NCBI GenBank assembly: GCA_965224565.1
Contig: CBDCZN010000002.1
Coordinates: forward strand, 1,636,309 to 1,700,308
Reading direction: 5' to 3'
DNA from: Methylococcales bacterium
Lineage (GTDB): Bacteria; Pseudomonadota; Gammaproteobacteria; Methylococcales; DRLZ01
Length of the DNA stretch: 64,000 nt
Part shown: positions 1 through 9,909 of the stretch, piece after piece
How the letters are laid out: each line of letters starts with the position of its first letter
Numbering within the stretch: the first letter of the stretch is position 1
Made by a program: the position numbers and the translations under genes
The notes under the pieces: generated by a model
What the model saw: the letters and a program-made list of their open reading frames with translations, nothing else
Told to the model about the DNA's origin: nothing
Databases searched by the model: none

Positions 1-199
1 CGTCGCATGTTTATAGGGTAAGTGTATAATTGATAGTATAAAGATTACCATCAATAAGAAAATTAAGGTGTTAATGACTTGTATCATCATCAATGAATAC
101 GGACTTTATAATTGAAATAAAATGCGGGATAAACTTGTTCCGCGATGCATGAATAGTTACAATCACACAGTTTATAGACAATTAGCGGAGTACCCACAA

Positions 200-469
200 A
201 TGACTCTTAGTGTAGAAGAAAAGAGTGCTGTTATTAGTGAATATCAAACAGCTTCTGGTGATACTGGTTCAACAGGCGTACAAATTGCCTTGTTGACCAA
301 GCGCATTACCACATTAGCACCACATTTTGAAAGCCATAAACATGATCATCATTCACGGCATGGTTTGCTGCGTATGGTTAATCAGCGGCGTAAACTCCTT
401 AAATATCTCAAAGGTAAAGACGCAGAACAGTATAGTCAATTAATCCAGCGTCTTGGCTTGCGTAAGTAA
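200..469 (+). CDS. rpsO: 30S ribosomal protein S15
   Basis: ORF 122..469 contains an S15-like sequence ([16 protein letters not shown]...[24 protein letters not shown]). The internal ATG at 200 gives an 89-aa product of canonical S15 length. Classic rpsO-pnp synteny. Confidence 0.93.
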   Translation: MTLSVEEKSAVISEYQTASGDTGSTGVQIALLTKRITTLAPHFESHKHDHHSRHGLLRMVNQRRKLLKYLKGKDAEQYSQLIQRLGLRK

Positions 470-545
470 AATTATCGCCAAACCAAAACATCAGTAAACA
501 TTGCGGAGAAATCCGCTATCGTCAAGCAGAACAGGTAGTAAAATA

Positions 546-2645
546 GTGAATCTAATTCGGAAAGAATTTCAGTATGGCGCACATTCAGTCACCTTGGAGA
601 CAGGGCAAATAGCTCGTCAAGCTGACGGTGCTGTGATGATTAATATGGACGGTACTGTGTTGCTGGTGACAGTCGTTGCTAAAAAAGGCTCAGTCAATAA
701 TGATTTTTTTCCGTTGACGGTCAATTATCAGGAAAAAGCATATGCAGCAGGTAAAATTCCGGGAGGTTTTTTCAAGCGCGAAGGTAGACCAAATGAACAT
801 GAAACGTTAATTTGCCGTCTTATTGATCGTCCGATTCGTCCCTTGTTTCCTGATGAATTTTCCAATGAAGTACAGATTATTGCGACAGTCATGTCATTGA
901 ATCCGGAAGTCTCAGCTGATATTCCTGCGTTACTTGGTGCATCTGCTGCATTAGCGATTTCAGGCTTACCCTTCAATGGTCCCATTGGTGCTGCTCGTGT
1001 CGGTTATCGCGATGGTCAGTATTTGCTGAATCCTGGCTGGGAAGAGGTGGAAACCTCCGATCTGGATTTGGTTGTCGCTGGAACGGAAGGTGCGGTATTG
1101 ATGGTTGAATCAGAAGCTGATTGTCTGCCTGAGGACGTCATGTTGGGTGCGGTCATGTTTGGTCATGAACAAATGCAAGTCGCAATCAGTGTTATCAAAG
1201 AGCTGGCAGCTGACGCTGGCAAAGCGCCAATGGAATGGACGGCACCTGAAATCAATGTTGACCTGGTTAATCTGGTTAAAAGTGAAATCGGTGAGCAAGT
1301 GTCAGCTGCTTACCAGATTGCTGAGAAAGCCAAACGACAAGATGCTCTCAAGTTGATTCGTACCGAGCTGATTGAAAAGCTCACAGCGGATGAGCAATAT
1401 GAGCAATCCGACATCGCTTCTGTCATTGAAAAGTTAGAAAAAGAGATTGTCAGGGCGGCTATTTTACGTGATAAAAAGCGCATTGATGGACGCACACTTG
1501 CCGAGATTCGTGCTGTTTCAGTACAAACTGGTTTGCTGCCGCGTGCCCATGGTTCAGCCGTATTTACCCGTGGTGAGACTCAAGCGATTGTAGCCACAAC
1601 ATTGGGTACTGAACGTGATGCTCAAATCATTGACGGTTTGGATCACGATTTCAAAGACCAGTTTATGTTGCATTATAATTTCCCGCCATTTTGTGTTGGT
1701 GAGACCGGATTTGTTGGTTCACCAAAGCGACGCGAAATTGGTCACGGCAGATTAGCCAAGCGTGCAATTAAAGCCGTATTGCCGGATCCTGAAGAATTCT
1801 CATATACATTGCGGGTAGTTTCAGAAATAACAGAATCAAACGGTTCGAGTTCAATGGCAAGTGTTTGTGGAACCAGTCTGTCGCTGATGGACGCAGGAGT
1901 GCCGATCAAAGCACCGGTATCAGGTATCGCAATGGGCTTAATCAAAGAAGGCGAGGATTTCGCTGTATTATCCGATATTATGGGTGATGAGGATCACCTC
2001 GGCGACATGGATTTCAAGGTTGCTGGTACAGCAGAAGGTCTGACTGCATTGCAGATGGATATCAAAATTGACGGGATTACCAAACAAATCATGCAATCCG
2101 CATTAGACCAGGCGCGTGAAGGTCGTATGCATATACTCTCCAAGATGAATGAGGTGATTAAAACTCATAAGGAAGAAATGTCAGATTTTGCGCCACGTAT
2201 TGAGGCTTTCTCAATTGACCCAAGTAAAATCCGCGATGTGATTGGTAAAGGTGGTGCAACCATCCGCAATATCACTGAACAAACCGGTGTCAGTATTGAT
2301 ATTTCAGATGATGGTGTTATCAAGATCGCCTCAGTTGATAAGGAAGCAGGTCAAGCAGCTAAATCAATGATTGAAGATCTGACTGCTGATGTCGAAGTCG
2401 GAAAAATTTACGAAGGTCGCGTAGCACGTATCATGGATTTTGGTGCGTTTGTCAACATCATGCCTGGAAAAGACGGGCTGGTACACATTTCACAAATCTC
2501 CCATGATCGCGTTGAAAAAGTTGAAGATCAGTTATCAGAAAATGACGTGGTTAAAGTCAAAGTGTTAGAGATTGATCGCCAAGGCCGTGTACGTTTAAGT
2601 ATGAAAGCTGTTGATGATGAATCTGAAACGTCTACCGAGGAATAG
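546..2645 (+). CDS. pnp: polynucleotide phosphorylase (polyribonucleotide nucleotidyltransferase)
   Basis: ORF 501..2645. It has two RNase PH-type halves ([24 protein letters not shown]), a KH domain ([20 protein letters not shown]) and an S1 domain ([20 protein letters not shown]). The TTG at 501 lies next to or inside a small hairpin (503..516). The GTG at 546 gives a canonical N-terminus ([11 protein letters not shown]). The exact start is uncertain. Confidence 0.93.
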   Translation: MNLIRKEFQYGAHSVTLETGQIARQADGAVMINMDGTVLLVTVVAKKGSVNNDFFPLTVNYQEKAYAAGKIPGGFFKREGRPNEHETLICRLIDRPIRPLFPDEFSNEVQIIATVMSLNPEVSADIPALLGASAALAISGLPFNGPIGAARVGYRDGQYLLNPGWEEVETSDLDLVVAGTEGAVLMVESEADCLPEDVMLGAVMFGHEQMQVAISVIKELAADAGKAPMEWTAPEINVDLVNLVKSEIGEQVSAAYQIAEKAKRQDALKLIRTELIEKLTADEQYEQSDIASVIEKLEKEIVRAAILRDKKRIDGRTLAEIRAVSVQTGLLPRAHGSAVFTRGETQAIVATTLGTERDAQIIDGLDHDFKDQFMLHYNFPPFCVGETGFVGSPKRREIGHGRLAKRAIKAVLPDPEEFSYTLRVVSEITESNGSSSMASVCGTSLSLMDAGVPIKAPVSGIAMGLIKEGEDFAVLSDIMGDEDHLGDMDFKVAGTAEGLTALQMDIKIDGITKQIMQSALDQAREGRMHILSKMNEVIKTHKEEMSDFAPRIEAFSIDPSKIRDVIGKGGATIRNITEQTGVSIDISDDGVIKIASVDKEAGQAAKSMIEDLTADVEVGKIYEGRVARIMDFGAFVNIMPGKDGLVHISQISHDRVEKVEDQLSENDVVKVKVLEIDRQGRVRLSMKAVDDESETSTEE

Positions 2646-2699
2646 TAACTTTGGTTTTGTCTCGCTAGAGATCAACACAGTCTAGTTCTTAGTAATAAC

Positions 2700-2730
2700 G
2701 ATAAGGGATAAATTCTAATTATCCCTTATC
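2700..2730 (+). terminator. hairpin downstream of pnp (possible terminator)
   Basis: 12-bp perfect stem GATAAGGGATAA / TTATCCCTTATC with a 7-nt loop, 55 nt after the pnp stop. No clear T-run follows, so terminator function is uncertain. Confidence 0.35.
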
Positions 2731-2758
2731 ACAGAATGTAAATCGGTTGCTAAATCTT

Positions 2759-2854
2759 CTAGGAGGCTGTCCGAGAATAGAAGTCGTCGCGAGGAAAAGC
2801 TGGTCAAATTCAGCTTTTCCGCAGTAGGTTCTCTATTCTCGGACAGCCTCCTAG
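2759..2854. repeat. 96-bp nested palindromic (REP/MITE-like) element
   Basis: Perfect 22-bp inverted repeat CTAGGAGGCTGTCCGAGAATAG (2759..2780) / CTATTCTCGGACAGCCTCCTAG (2833..2854). It encloses a second 10-bp stem, GGAAAAGCTG (2793..2802) / CAGCTTTTCC (2811..2820). Confidence 0.7.
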
Positions 2855-3155
2855 AGAGTCGCGCTGTGCTTTCGACAATCTTAGCGTAAGAAAACTCAGT
2901 ATATTTCCATAGTTGCTTTGCAACAGTGATTTCAGCCGCACTCCTCATCTGTTCGAATAGTCTGTGCAAAAGCTAGATATTAGCAAGCAGCAAGATATTA
3001 ATTCAAATCATCAGAGAATAACTTCGTTGTTCTTGTGCTAAGGAGCGAGAATTTAATAACTTCGCCAAAATGACAACGTTATTAAATTTCATTCCTAATC
3101 AGTTTTATTCGTCTCACATGATAAAGTCAACATCATGAGATGATAGGATAAAGCA

Positions 3156-3803
3156 ATGACAAATCTGAAATCACATTCCCGCTTCGATGCTAATTGTCGA
3201 CAGTGTCCCCGTTTGGCCGCTTTTCTTGATCAAGTAAGCCTCAAGTATCCAGACTACCACGCGCGACCAGTTGCTCCATATGGTCCGGCAGAATCAAGTT
3301 TGCTAATCGTTGGCCTGGCGCCCGGTATGCATGGTGCAAATGCAACTGGTCGTCCATTTACTGGTGATTACGCTGGAATTTTGCTTTATGAAGCCTTGTA
3401 TCAGTTTGGTTTTAGCAATCAATCGCAATCAATTCATCTTAATGATGGTTTACAACTGACTGATTGCAGAATTACCAATGCAGTGAAATGTTTGCCCCCA
3501 GATAACAAACCAGTCTCCAGTGAAGTTAATCAATGCAATACCTATCTGATGCGAGAATTAAGCGATTTAGCTGATGGGAGTGTGATTTTGGCATTGGGAA
3601 CGATTGCCCATAAAGCAGTGATCAAAGCCATGCAGCTTAGGCAAGCGGATTTTCATTTTGCGCATAATACAGTTCACCAGTTAAGTGGAAAAGTATTGGT
3701 TGATTCTTATCACTGTAGTCGTTACAACGTAAACACTAAACGCCTGACGACAGAGATGTTTCATGAAGTTTTTAAGCGTATTCGAACCTTATTGGATGAA
3801 TGA
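3156..3803 (+). CDS. uracil-DNA glycosylase superfamily protein (family 4/5-like, Fe-S type)
   Basis: 215 aa. N-terminal CRQCPRL cysteine pair, motif GLAPGMHGANATGRPFTGDYAG, NAVKCLPP...C..YL, and C-terminal HCSRYN. This pattern is typical of family-4-like UDGs. Confidence 0.7.
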   Translation: MTNLKSHSRFDANCRQCPRLAAFLDQVSLKYPDYHARPVAPYGPAESSLLIVGLAPGMHGANATGRPFTGDYAGILLYEALYQFGFSNQSQSIHLNDGLQLTDCRITNAVKCLPPDNKPVSSEVNQCNTYLMRELSDLADGSVILALGTIAHKAVIKAMQLRQADFHFAHNTVHQLSGKVLVDSYHCSRYNVNTKRLTTEMFHEVFKRIRTLLDE

Positions 3804-5637
3804 ACGAAGTGTGCAGCCTGATTCACAGAATGCATTTGATTTAGAGGCGTTTCTAGCTCATTTAAGCCGCAGTTGTGGTGTTTACCAGATGGTTGATAAT
3901 GCTGCCAAGATCCTTTATGTCGGTAAAGCAAAAAATCTAAAAAACCGGGTTTCCAGTTATTTTCAATCACGCGATAGTAGTCCCAAGCAGCGTGCCATGG
4001 TTGCTCAGATTGCATCAATTGAAATCACTGTTACTCATACAGAAGGCGAAGCGTTATTGCTGGAAAGCCAGCTCATTAAAAAGTACAAGCCACGTTATAA
4101 TATTTGCTTAAGAGATGACAAAAGTTTCCCTTATATTTATATTTCTATCCAGCATGATTTTCCGCGTCTGGCATTTCATCGTGGAGCCAAAAGTAATGGC
4201 AAGTATTTTGGCCCTTATCCCAGTGCCGGAGCCGTTCGTCAAAGCCTAAAGCTGTTGCAGAAAATTTTTCCTGTGCGCCAATGTGATGATAGCTATTACA
4301 ACCATCGCTCTCGGCCTTGCTTGCAGTATCAAATCAAACGCTGCTCAGCGCCTTGTGTTGGATTAATCAGCAAACAAGCTTATGCTGAAGATGTTGAGAG
4401 TAGTGTGCGTTTTCTTGAGGGTGGTGGCAAGCAGTTGATTGATCAACTAATCAAGCGTATGGAAACTGCTTCTGACAAACAGGTATACGAAACAGCAGCA
4501 CGCTATCGGGATCAAATTTCAACTTTACGCAACGTTTTGGAACAACAATTCGTCAGTGTTGATCAGGGTGATCTTGATCTGGTTGTTTGTGCAACCAAAA
4601 TGAATGTGGCCTGTGTCCTGGTTTCTTTTTTACGGGGAGGGCAACAATTGGGACATCGAACGTTTTTTCCCAAGTTGCCGGAGGAGGTTTCTCCGCAACA
4701 GGTGTTACAGGCTTTTCTACCACAATATTATCTTAATAATACAATACCAGAACGAATCATTGTTGGGCATGTCGTACCAGATGTGGATTTAATCACGGAT
4801 GCATTGCGTAACAGGGCGAAACACACCGTGCAAATCAATCATCATGTGCGTGGTGAACGCAGACACTGGCTGGAAATGGCACAAACCAATGTCAAGCATG
4901 CACTCATGTTAAAATTGGCAGATCGACAAGGCATAGGGGAGCGCATTAACAGCCTTAGAGATTTGTTGGGTTGCGAACAGCTAAAACGTATTGAATGTTT
5001 TGATATAAGCCATACAATGGGTAGTCAAACAGTGGCTTCATGCGTTGTGTTTGATACAGAGGGAGCTGTCAAGTCAGCCTATCGACGCTTTAATATTACT
5101 GGAATTGAACCAGGAGACGATTATGCGGCAATGGCACAAGCAATCTCGCGCCGATATAAACGTGTGGAAAAAGGTGAGTTTAAAAAACCTGATGTGTTAT
5201 TAATTGATGGTGGCAAAGGTCAGCTGGGAATCGCGCGCGATGCTTTGGAGCAGCTTGAAATAGCAGATATTCTTGTTGTTGGCGTTTCCAAGGGACCGGA
5301 TCGCACACCGGGTATGGAGAAAATTCACTTATTAGGCGACAATGGTCAGCTGGAATTGGAACCAGGGGCTCCTGCCAAGTTATTGATACAGCAAATACGC
5401 GATGAAGCCCATCGCTTTGCAATCACAGGACATCGGCAACGGCGAGCCAAAGCAAGCAAGCAATCGGTGCTTGAGCAGATTGAAGGTGTTGGGCCAAAGC
5501 GTCGCCAGAATTTGTTAAAACAGTTTGGTGGATTAAAGCAGATTACAGTGGCAGGCGTTGATAGTTTGTGCCAGGTTGAAGGAATTAACCGCGAACTCGC
5601 GCTAAGGATTTATAATGTATTTCATGGTCATGAATAA
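3796..5637 (+). CDS. uvrC: excinuclease ABC subunit C
   Basis: ORF 3763..5637. GIY-YIG block (GVYQMVDNAAKILYVGKAKNLKNRVSSY), UvrC central region and C-terminal (HhH)2 (IEGVGPKRRQNLLKQFGGL). The ATG at 3796 overlaps the upstream stop by 8 nt (ATGAATGA) and gives MNERS... as the likely start. Confidence 0.93.
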   Translation: MNERSVQPDSQNAFDLEAFLAHLSRSCGVYQMVDNAAKILYVGKAKNLKNRVSSYFQSRDSSPKQRAMVAQIASIEITVTHTEGEALLLESQLIKKYKPRYNICLRDDKSFPYIYISIQHDFPRLAFHRGAKSNGKYFGPYPSAGAVRQSLKLLQKIFPVRQCDDSYYNHRSRPCLQYQIKRCSAPCVGLISKQAYAEDVESSVRFLEGGGKQLIDQLIKRMETASDKQVYETAARYRDQISTLRNVLEQQFVSVDQGDLDLVVCATKMNVACVLVSFLRGGQQLGHRTFFPKLPEEVSPQQVLQAFLPQYYLNNTIPERIIVGHVVPDVDLITDALRNRAKHTVQINHHVRGERRHWLEMAQTNVKHALMLKLADRQGIGERINSLRDLLGCEQLKRIECFDISHTMGSQTVASCVVFDTEGAVKSAYRRFNITGIEPGDDYAAMAQAISRRYKRVEKGEFKKPDVLLIDGGKGQLGIARDALEQLEIADILVVGVSKGPDRTPGMEKIHLLGDNGQLELEPGAPAKLLIQQIRDEAHRFAITGHRQRRAKASKQSVLEQIEGVGPKRRQNLLKQFGGLKQITVAGVDSLCQVEGINRELALRIYNVFHGHE

Positions 5638-5642
5638 TAATA

Positions 5643-6197
5643 ATGATTAAACTCACTTTACCATCTCAGCTAACACTATTACGCATACTATTGATTCCGG
5701 TATTGGTGGTTTGTTTTTATCTTCCTTGGCAGTGGTCAGGATTACTAGCATGGTTTGTTTTTTCAATCGCTGGCATTACAGACTGGCTGGACGGGTATCT
5801 AGCGAGAAAACTTGGTGAAAGTTCTGCTTTTGGAGCTTTTCTCGACCCTGTTGCCGACAAGTTATTGGTTAGCGCAACATTGGTGTTACTGGTCGAGGCG
5901 GAACATACTCTGTATCTGACCATTCCGGCACTGATCATTATTGGGCGAGAGATTGTTATTAGCGCACTGCGTGAATGGATGGCTCTAAAGGGTAAGCAAC
6001 AAGCTGTTAAGGTTTCTGATTTGGGTAAATGGAAAACTGGAACACAGATGGTCGCAATTGGTGGTTTATTAATGTACCAGAGCCTGCCTTGGTTGTTTAT
6101 TCAAGTGGTGTCATATGTCAGTTTATATGTGGCAATGGTATTAACTATTGTTACAATGATACAATATACCCGTTCTGCTTTCCCTTATTTTAAGTAA
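5643..6197 (+). CDS. pgsA: CDP-diacylglycerol--glycerol-3-phosphate 3-phosphatidyltransferase
   Basis: 184 aa, multi-TM, with the CDP-alcohol phosphatidyltransferase motif DWLDGYLARKLGESSAFGAFLDPVADK. Conserved uvrC-pgsA synteny. Confidence 0.9.
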   Translation: MIKLTLPSQLTLLRILLIPVLVVCFYLPWQWSGLLAWFVFSIAGITDWLDGYLARKLGESSAFGAFLDPVADKLLVSATLVLLVEAEHTLYLTIPALIIIGREIVISALREWMALKGKQQAVKVSDLGKWKTGTQMVAIGGLLMYQSLPWLFIQVVSYVSLYVAMVLTIVTMIQYTRSAFPYFK

Positions 6198-6208
6198 CGA
6201 CTCAGCTA

Positions 6209-6297
6209 CCCTCTATTTTGTCCAATAGCTGCTTTGAAAGTGCTCATTTACACCTGTAAACTCCGTGCTTTCGCCTTACTTTTGCACAAACAGAGGC
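6209..6297. repeat. imperfect long palindrome (REP/MITE-like)
   Basis: CCCTCTATTTTGTCCAATAGCTGCTTTGAAAGTGC ... GTGCTTTCGCCTTACTTTTGCACAAACAGAGGC. The arms are imperfectly complementary. The right arm core TTTCGCCTTACTTTTGCACAAA resembles the MITE core TTTCGCCTTGCTCTCCACAAAA at 45630/50130. Confidence 0.45.
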
Positions 6298-6417
6298 AAT
6301 CTGAGCGGTTACAGATTATGCTGAGTAATTACTATTTTGAAGGGTAACGGGCTATGTTTAGATTCTACAGGTACAGTTTAATATTGAAATCTTTTTTGTT
6401 TAATTGGGGGAAAAATA

Positions 6418-6717
6418 ATGCTAAAGAAAAGGTTTTTGAAAACAAAATGTAAAGTAACCTTTGAAACCCTTGAGGATTTTGAAGCTAAATCAGTGGCATT
6501 GGTTGGTGATTTTAATAATTGGGAACAATCCACAATTCCAATGAAACGTTTGAAGTCTGGCGTTTGGAAAACAACAGTCGATTTGGATAAGGATGCAAGC
6601 TACCAGTTTCGATATTTGATCGATGGCGTAACATGGGAAAATGACCAGTCTGCTGATGGTTATGTACCCAATAATGTTGATGGTGATAATTCTGTTGTGG
6701 TGACCCGCGACACTTGA
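6418..6717 (+). CDS. glycogen-binding / CBM48 (AMPK beta-type, E-set) domain protein
   Basis: 99 aa. VALVGDFNNWEQSTIPMKRLKSGVWKTTVDLDKDASYQFRYLIDG..W..D matches the CBM48/isoamylase N-terminal early-set signature. Confidence 0.7.
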   Translation: MLKKRFLKTKCKVTFETLEDFEAKSVALVGDFNNWEQSTIPMKRLKSGVWKTTVDLDKDASYQFRYLIDGVTWENDQSADGYVPNNVDGDNSVVVTRDT

Positions 6718-6753
6718 TAAGTATAATCTTAAACCATTGATAATTACTTTACT

Positions 6754-6791
6754 AAGAACTCAGTGAAGCCTTGTTGCTTCACTGAGTTCTT
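6754..6791 (+). terminator. rho-independent-type terminator
   Basis: 16-bp perfect stem AAGAACTCAGTGAAGC / GCTTCACTGAGTTCTT with a 6-nt loop, followed by TGATTT. It lies 37 nt after the stop of 6418..6717. Confidence 0.65.
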
Positions 6792-6878
6792 GATTTAGGG
6801 GCGATTGAAATGACGAATGAAAGTGATGCAGATAGCTGAGAGTCGCTATCGCAATGATAGCTTTAGGAGAAAACAAGA

Positions 6879-7532
6879 ATGAAAATTATCTTGGTCGGTA
6901 GCCCAGGTTCAGGTAAAGGGACTCAGGCACAATTTATCTGCAAGCGATACAGCATTCCTCAAATATCAACTGGTGATATGCTCAGAGCGGCAGTGAAAGC
7001 CGGCAGTCCACTAGGACTTAAGGTCAAGTCAATAATGGATTCTGGTGCACTGGTTTCAGATGATGTGATTCTGGAACTGATCAGAGAACGAATTCAACTG
7101 CCGGATTGTAAAAACGGTTTTTTACTCGATGGTTTTCCACGCACATTGGCGCAAGCAGATGGGCTTGCCGAAATGGGGATTAGTCTCCATTTTGTTGTGG
7201 TCATTGATGTTGATGATGAGGAGATTATTAAACGCCTCAGTGGTCGTCGAGTTCATCCAGATTCTGGTCGTATTTATCATATCGAATTTAATCCACCACA
7301 AAATGATGGCGTTGATGATGAGACAGGGGAGCCGTTAATTCAGAGAGATGATGACCAGGTTGATGTTATCAAACAGCGTCTTGAGGTTTACCACCAATTA
7401 ACTGAGCCACTGATTAACTATTACTCAGACAAAGCAGACAATGATTCTTCATTGACTGTTGCTACGGTTCAGGGCACTGGTACTGTTGATGAAATTACCG
7501 GAAAAATACAAATGGCACTGGATGCAAACTAA
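6879..7532 (+). CDS. adk: adenylate kinase
   Basis: 217 aa. P-loop [15 protein letters not shown]-binding [23 protein letters not shown] and a long LID region. GGAG RBS upstream. Confidence 0.95.
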   Translation: MKIILVGSPGSGKGTQAQFICKRYSIPQISTGDMLRAAVKAGSPLGLKVKSIMDSGALVSDDVILELIRERIQLPDCKNGFLLDGFPRTLAQADGLAEMGISLHFVVVIDVDDEEIIKRLSGRRVHPDSGRIYHIEFNPPQNDGVDDETGEPLIQRDDDQVDVIKQRLEVYHQLTEPLINYYSDKADNDSSLTVATVQGTGTVDEITGKIQMALDAN

Positions 7533-7584
7533 GCAAAATCTGCAGGTTGCTGATACCAATAAATATTATCTATTTCACCATGAC

Positions 7585-7687
7585 AGAGCATGAAGGACTT
7601 GATGATATTTCATATGTTTCATGAACTTTGAGCACACAACCAATCACCTTATTCGATAAATCGCTGGATTCTTTTCCTTCATGCTCT
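7585..7687. repeat. 13-bp inverted repeat pair in the adk-lpxD intergenic region
   Basis: AGAGCATGAAGGA (7585..7597) and TCCTTCATGCTCT (7675..7687) are perfect reverse complements 77 bp apart. CCTTCATG recurs again at ~7693. Confidence 0.35.
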
Positions 7688-7814
7688 TTATCTCCTTCAT
7701 GATAATAAACAAGAATAAAACTGGATAAAAGATATTGAGTAGACATCGTGCTGTTTCAGCACAGTTTTGTGATATATATTAGTGGAGTATAGCCGGGTTT
7801 AAAATGCATTTTTT

Positions 7815-8900
7815 ATGATAAAAATACGTTGTTCTGATTTAATCGCCACACTTACCTCCGAGACGATTGAAGCTAAACTGATTGGTAACGATAATACTAT
7901 TCAATCCATTCAACCAATAGAAAGCTGTTCTCCTGGGGTGCTTACCTTCGCGGAGAAGCATCAGTATTTAATAACGGCATTGCAACAACAAGTCGCTGCG
8001 GTTGTTGTGCCTGAAAACATCGGGTTTGATGATCTGGATCTCGGCGAAACATCCTTAATTCAGGTTTCTGATGTGCGTGTAGCACTGGCGTATATTCGCC
8101 AGCATCATGATGATAACAATCCATATCAAAACAAATCGCCATCTCAAAGCGAATGGGTTCGCATTCATCCATCAGCTGTCATCCATAAGGATGTCACTGT
8201 GCCAGATACCGCCATCATTGGCCCGGGCGTAGTCATTGGTTCACAGGTTATTTTGGCAGAACATGTTGTTATCCTGGCAAATGCTGTGATTGAACAAAGA
8301 ACCAGAATTGGTGAGCATAGTATTATTCATCCATGTTGTGTAATTGGCTGGGGTTCGGAAATCGGTGCTGATGTGATTATCAAAGCTGGTGCAATTCTTG
8401 GAGCAGAAGGGCATGGCTTTGCGCGTGATAGTGCAGGGCAGTTTCACAGAATTCCTCAACGTGGGAAGGTTGTGATTGAAGATAAAGTAGTCATCGGAGC
8501 CAACTGTACAATCGACCGTGCAACCTATCATGAAACCAGAGTGCATCGAGGCTGCATTATTGATGCCCAATGTCACTTGGCACACAACGTGGTACTGGAT
8601 GAGGATTGTGCATTGGTTGCGCAAACTGGTATTGCTGGTTCTAGTCGTTTAGGCAAGCGGGTCATGGCTTCAGGACAAACTGGGGTACTTGATCATGTCA
8701 ATATTCCGGATGATACTGTGTTGGTGCATCGAGCAGGAGTCATTAACAGCATTAAACAATCAGGCATGTATGCGACAACACCACCGCAACCATTTGCACG
8801 TTACTTAAAAAATATTGCTGTGTTTCAGCGTCTTGCCGAAGTTTGGGAGCGACTGCGCGTGCTTGAGAAAAAAGTTGCCGATTTAACTGATAAGCACTAA
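7815..8900 (+). CDS. lpxD: UDP-3-O-acylglucosamine N-acyltransferase family protein (LpxD paralog)
   Basis: 361 aa. LpxD-like N-terminal domain, left-handed beta-helix hexapeptide repeats, GAEGHGFA...RIPQRGKVVIEDKVVIGANCTIDRAT, catalytic-His context CHLAHNVV, and a C-terminal helix. It is not in the usual lpxD-fabZ-lpxA context. Confidence 0.78.
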   Translation: MIKIRCSDLIATLTSETIEAKLIGNDNTIQSIQPIESCSPGVLTFAEKHQYLITALQQQVAAVVVPENIGFDDLDLGETSLIQVSDVRVALAYIRQHHDDNNPYQNKSPSQSEWVRIHPSAVIHKDVTVPDTAIIGPGVVIGSQVILAEHVVILANAVIEQRTRIGEHSIIHPCCVIGWGSEIGADVIIKAGAILGAEGHGFARDSAGQFHRIPQRGKVVIEDKVVIGANCTIDRATYHETRVHRGCIIDAQCHLAHNVVLDEDCALVAQTGIAGSSRLGKRVMASGQTGVLDHVNIPDDTVLVHRAGVINSIKQSGMYATTPPQPFARYLKNIAVFQRLAEVWERLRVLEKKVADLTDKH

Positions 8901-8916
8901 ATTCAAACTGCATGTT

Positions 8917-9762
8917 ATGCTCAGCGTAAACAATCATTCTCGAGATAGTGCTGGATTCACCTATGTTTACCCGGTTATTTCTCGACGTGCGAATGGCTTA
9001 TCGATTGGCATCAATCTAAATCCCAACAATGCTTGCAACTGGCGTTGTATTTACTGCCAGGTTCCTGATCTCAAGCGCGGTAGTGCACCAACTATTGATC
9101 TTCAATTATTAAGTACCGAATTGCTTAGTTTGCTTGATGATATTCAACAGGGTGATTTTTATGAACGCTTCGAAGTGCCGCATCATCAACGACAAATTCG
9201 CGATATTGCAATCTCAGGTGATGGTGAGCCAACCAGTGCACGTGAGTTTTCTGATGTTATTGTTTTATTGGGGGAAACAGCTAAACAAGCCAGCTTGCTT
9301 GGAAAAATAAACATTGTACTGATTACAAACGGTAGTTTGATTCATCAAGCATCAGTCCAGGATGGACTTAACGCATTGGCACAACTGGGTGGTGAAGTAT
9401 GGTTCAAACTGGATCGTGCCACAAATTCTGGTTTGCGTGAAATCAACAATGCAGCTTCTAGTCGGGAGCGAGCACGATTAAACCTTAGTATTGCTGTGAA
9501 ACTCTGTCCACTATGGGTACAAACTTGTTTGTTCGCACTGGATGGAAAGCCTCCATCAGAAGTTGATTGGTATGTCTATTTGAACTTGCTCAGTGCATTT
9601 AAGAATCAAGAACATCAACCACTTGGTGTCTTGCTCTATGGATTGGCTCGACAGTCATTTCAACCAGAAGCATTAAGACTGGAACGCTTATCTGAGGTGC
9701 AAATGGAGCATTATGCAGAAACTATCCGTGCTCTCGGTTATGAGGTTAAGGTTAGTTATTGA
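8917..9762 (+). CDS. radical SAM protein
   Basis: 281 aa. CxxxCxxC cluster motif CNWRCIYCQ near the N-terminus and GDGEPT (SAM-binding-like). It starts 16 nt after the lpxD-like stop. Confidence 0.72.
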   Translation: MLSVNNHSRDSAGFTYVYPVISRRANGLSIGINLNPNNACNWRCIYCQVPDLKRGSAPTIDLQLLSTELLSLLDDIQQGDFYERFEVPHHQRQIRDIAISGDGEPTSAREFSDVIVLLGETAKQASLLGKINIVLITNGSLIHQASVQDGLNALAQLGGEVWFKLDRATNSGLREINNAASSRERARLNLSIAVKLCPLWVQTCLFALDGKPPSEVDWYVYLNLLSAFKNQEHQPLGVLLYGLARQSFQPEALRLERLSEVQMEHYAETIRALGYEVKVSY

Positions 9763-9824
9763 CTGCTATATGGCATTAATGTTGATTGATTCGAGATGAG
9801 GAAAGTTATTATTGCAAAGAGATA

Positions 9825-9867
9825 AGGGAAAAGATTGTGATCATTGAAAACCCCAATCCTTTTCCCT
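9825..9867. terminator. bidirectional hairpin between convergent genes
   Basis: AGGGAAAAGATTG ... CAATCCTTTTCCCT (13-bp stem with one bulge) between the radical SAM gene (+) and fba (-). Confidence 0.5.
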
Positions 9868-9909
9868 GTTGTAATTGAATATTATAAACGGTTGTTTCTT
9901 CTGCTTGGG

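Noticed and set aside
122-199. N-terminal extensions offered by the ORF track (rpsO 122, pnp 501, uvrC 3763, dhaK 18863, decarboxylase 43763, 46711..47568, and others)
   Set aside because: The extensions add non-conserved residues, overlap upstream genes or hairpins, and lack an RBS. Internal starts give canonical N-termini or signal peptides.
2715-2969. 84-aa ORF on the minus strand downstream of pnp
   Set aside because: It runs straight through the 96-bp nested palindrome, and its translation shows the mirrored SENRE/FSDSLLE segments produced by the inverted repeat. No RBS or family signature is present.
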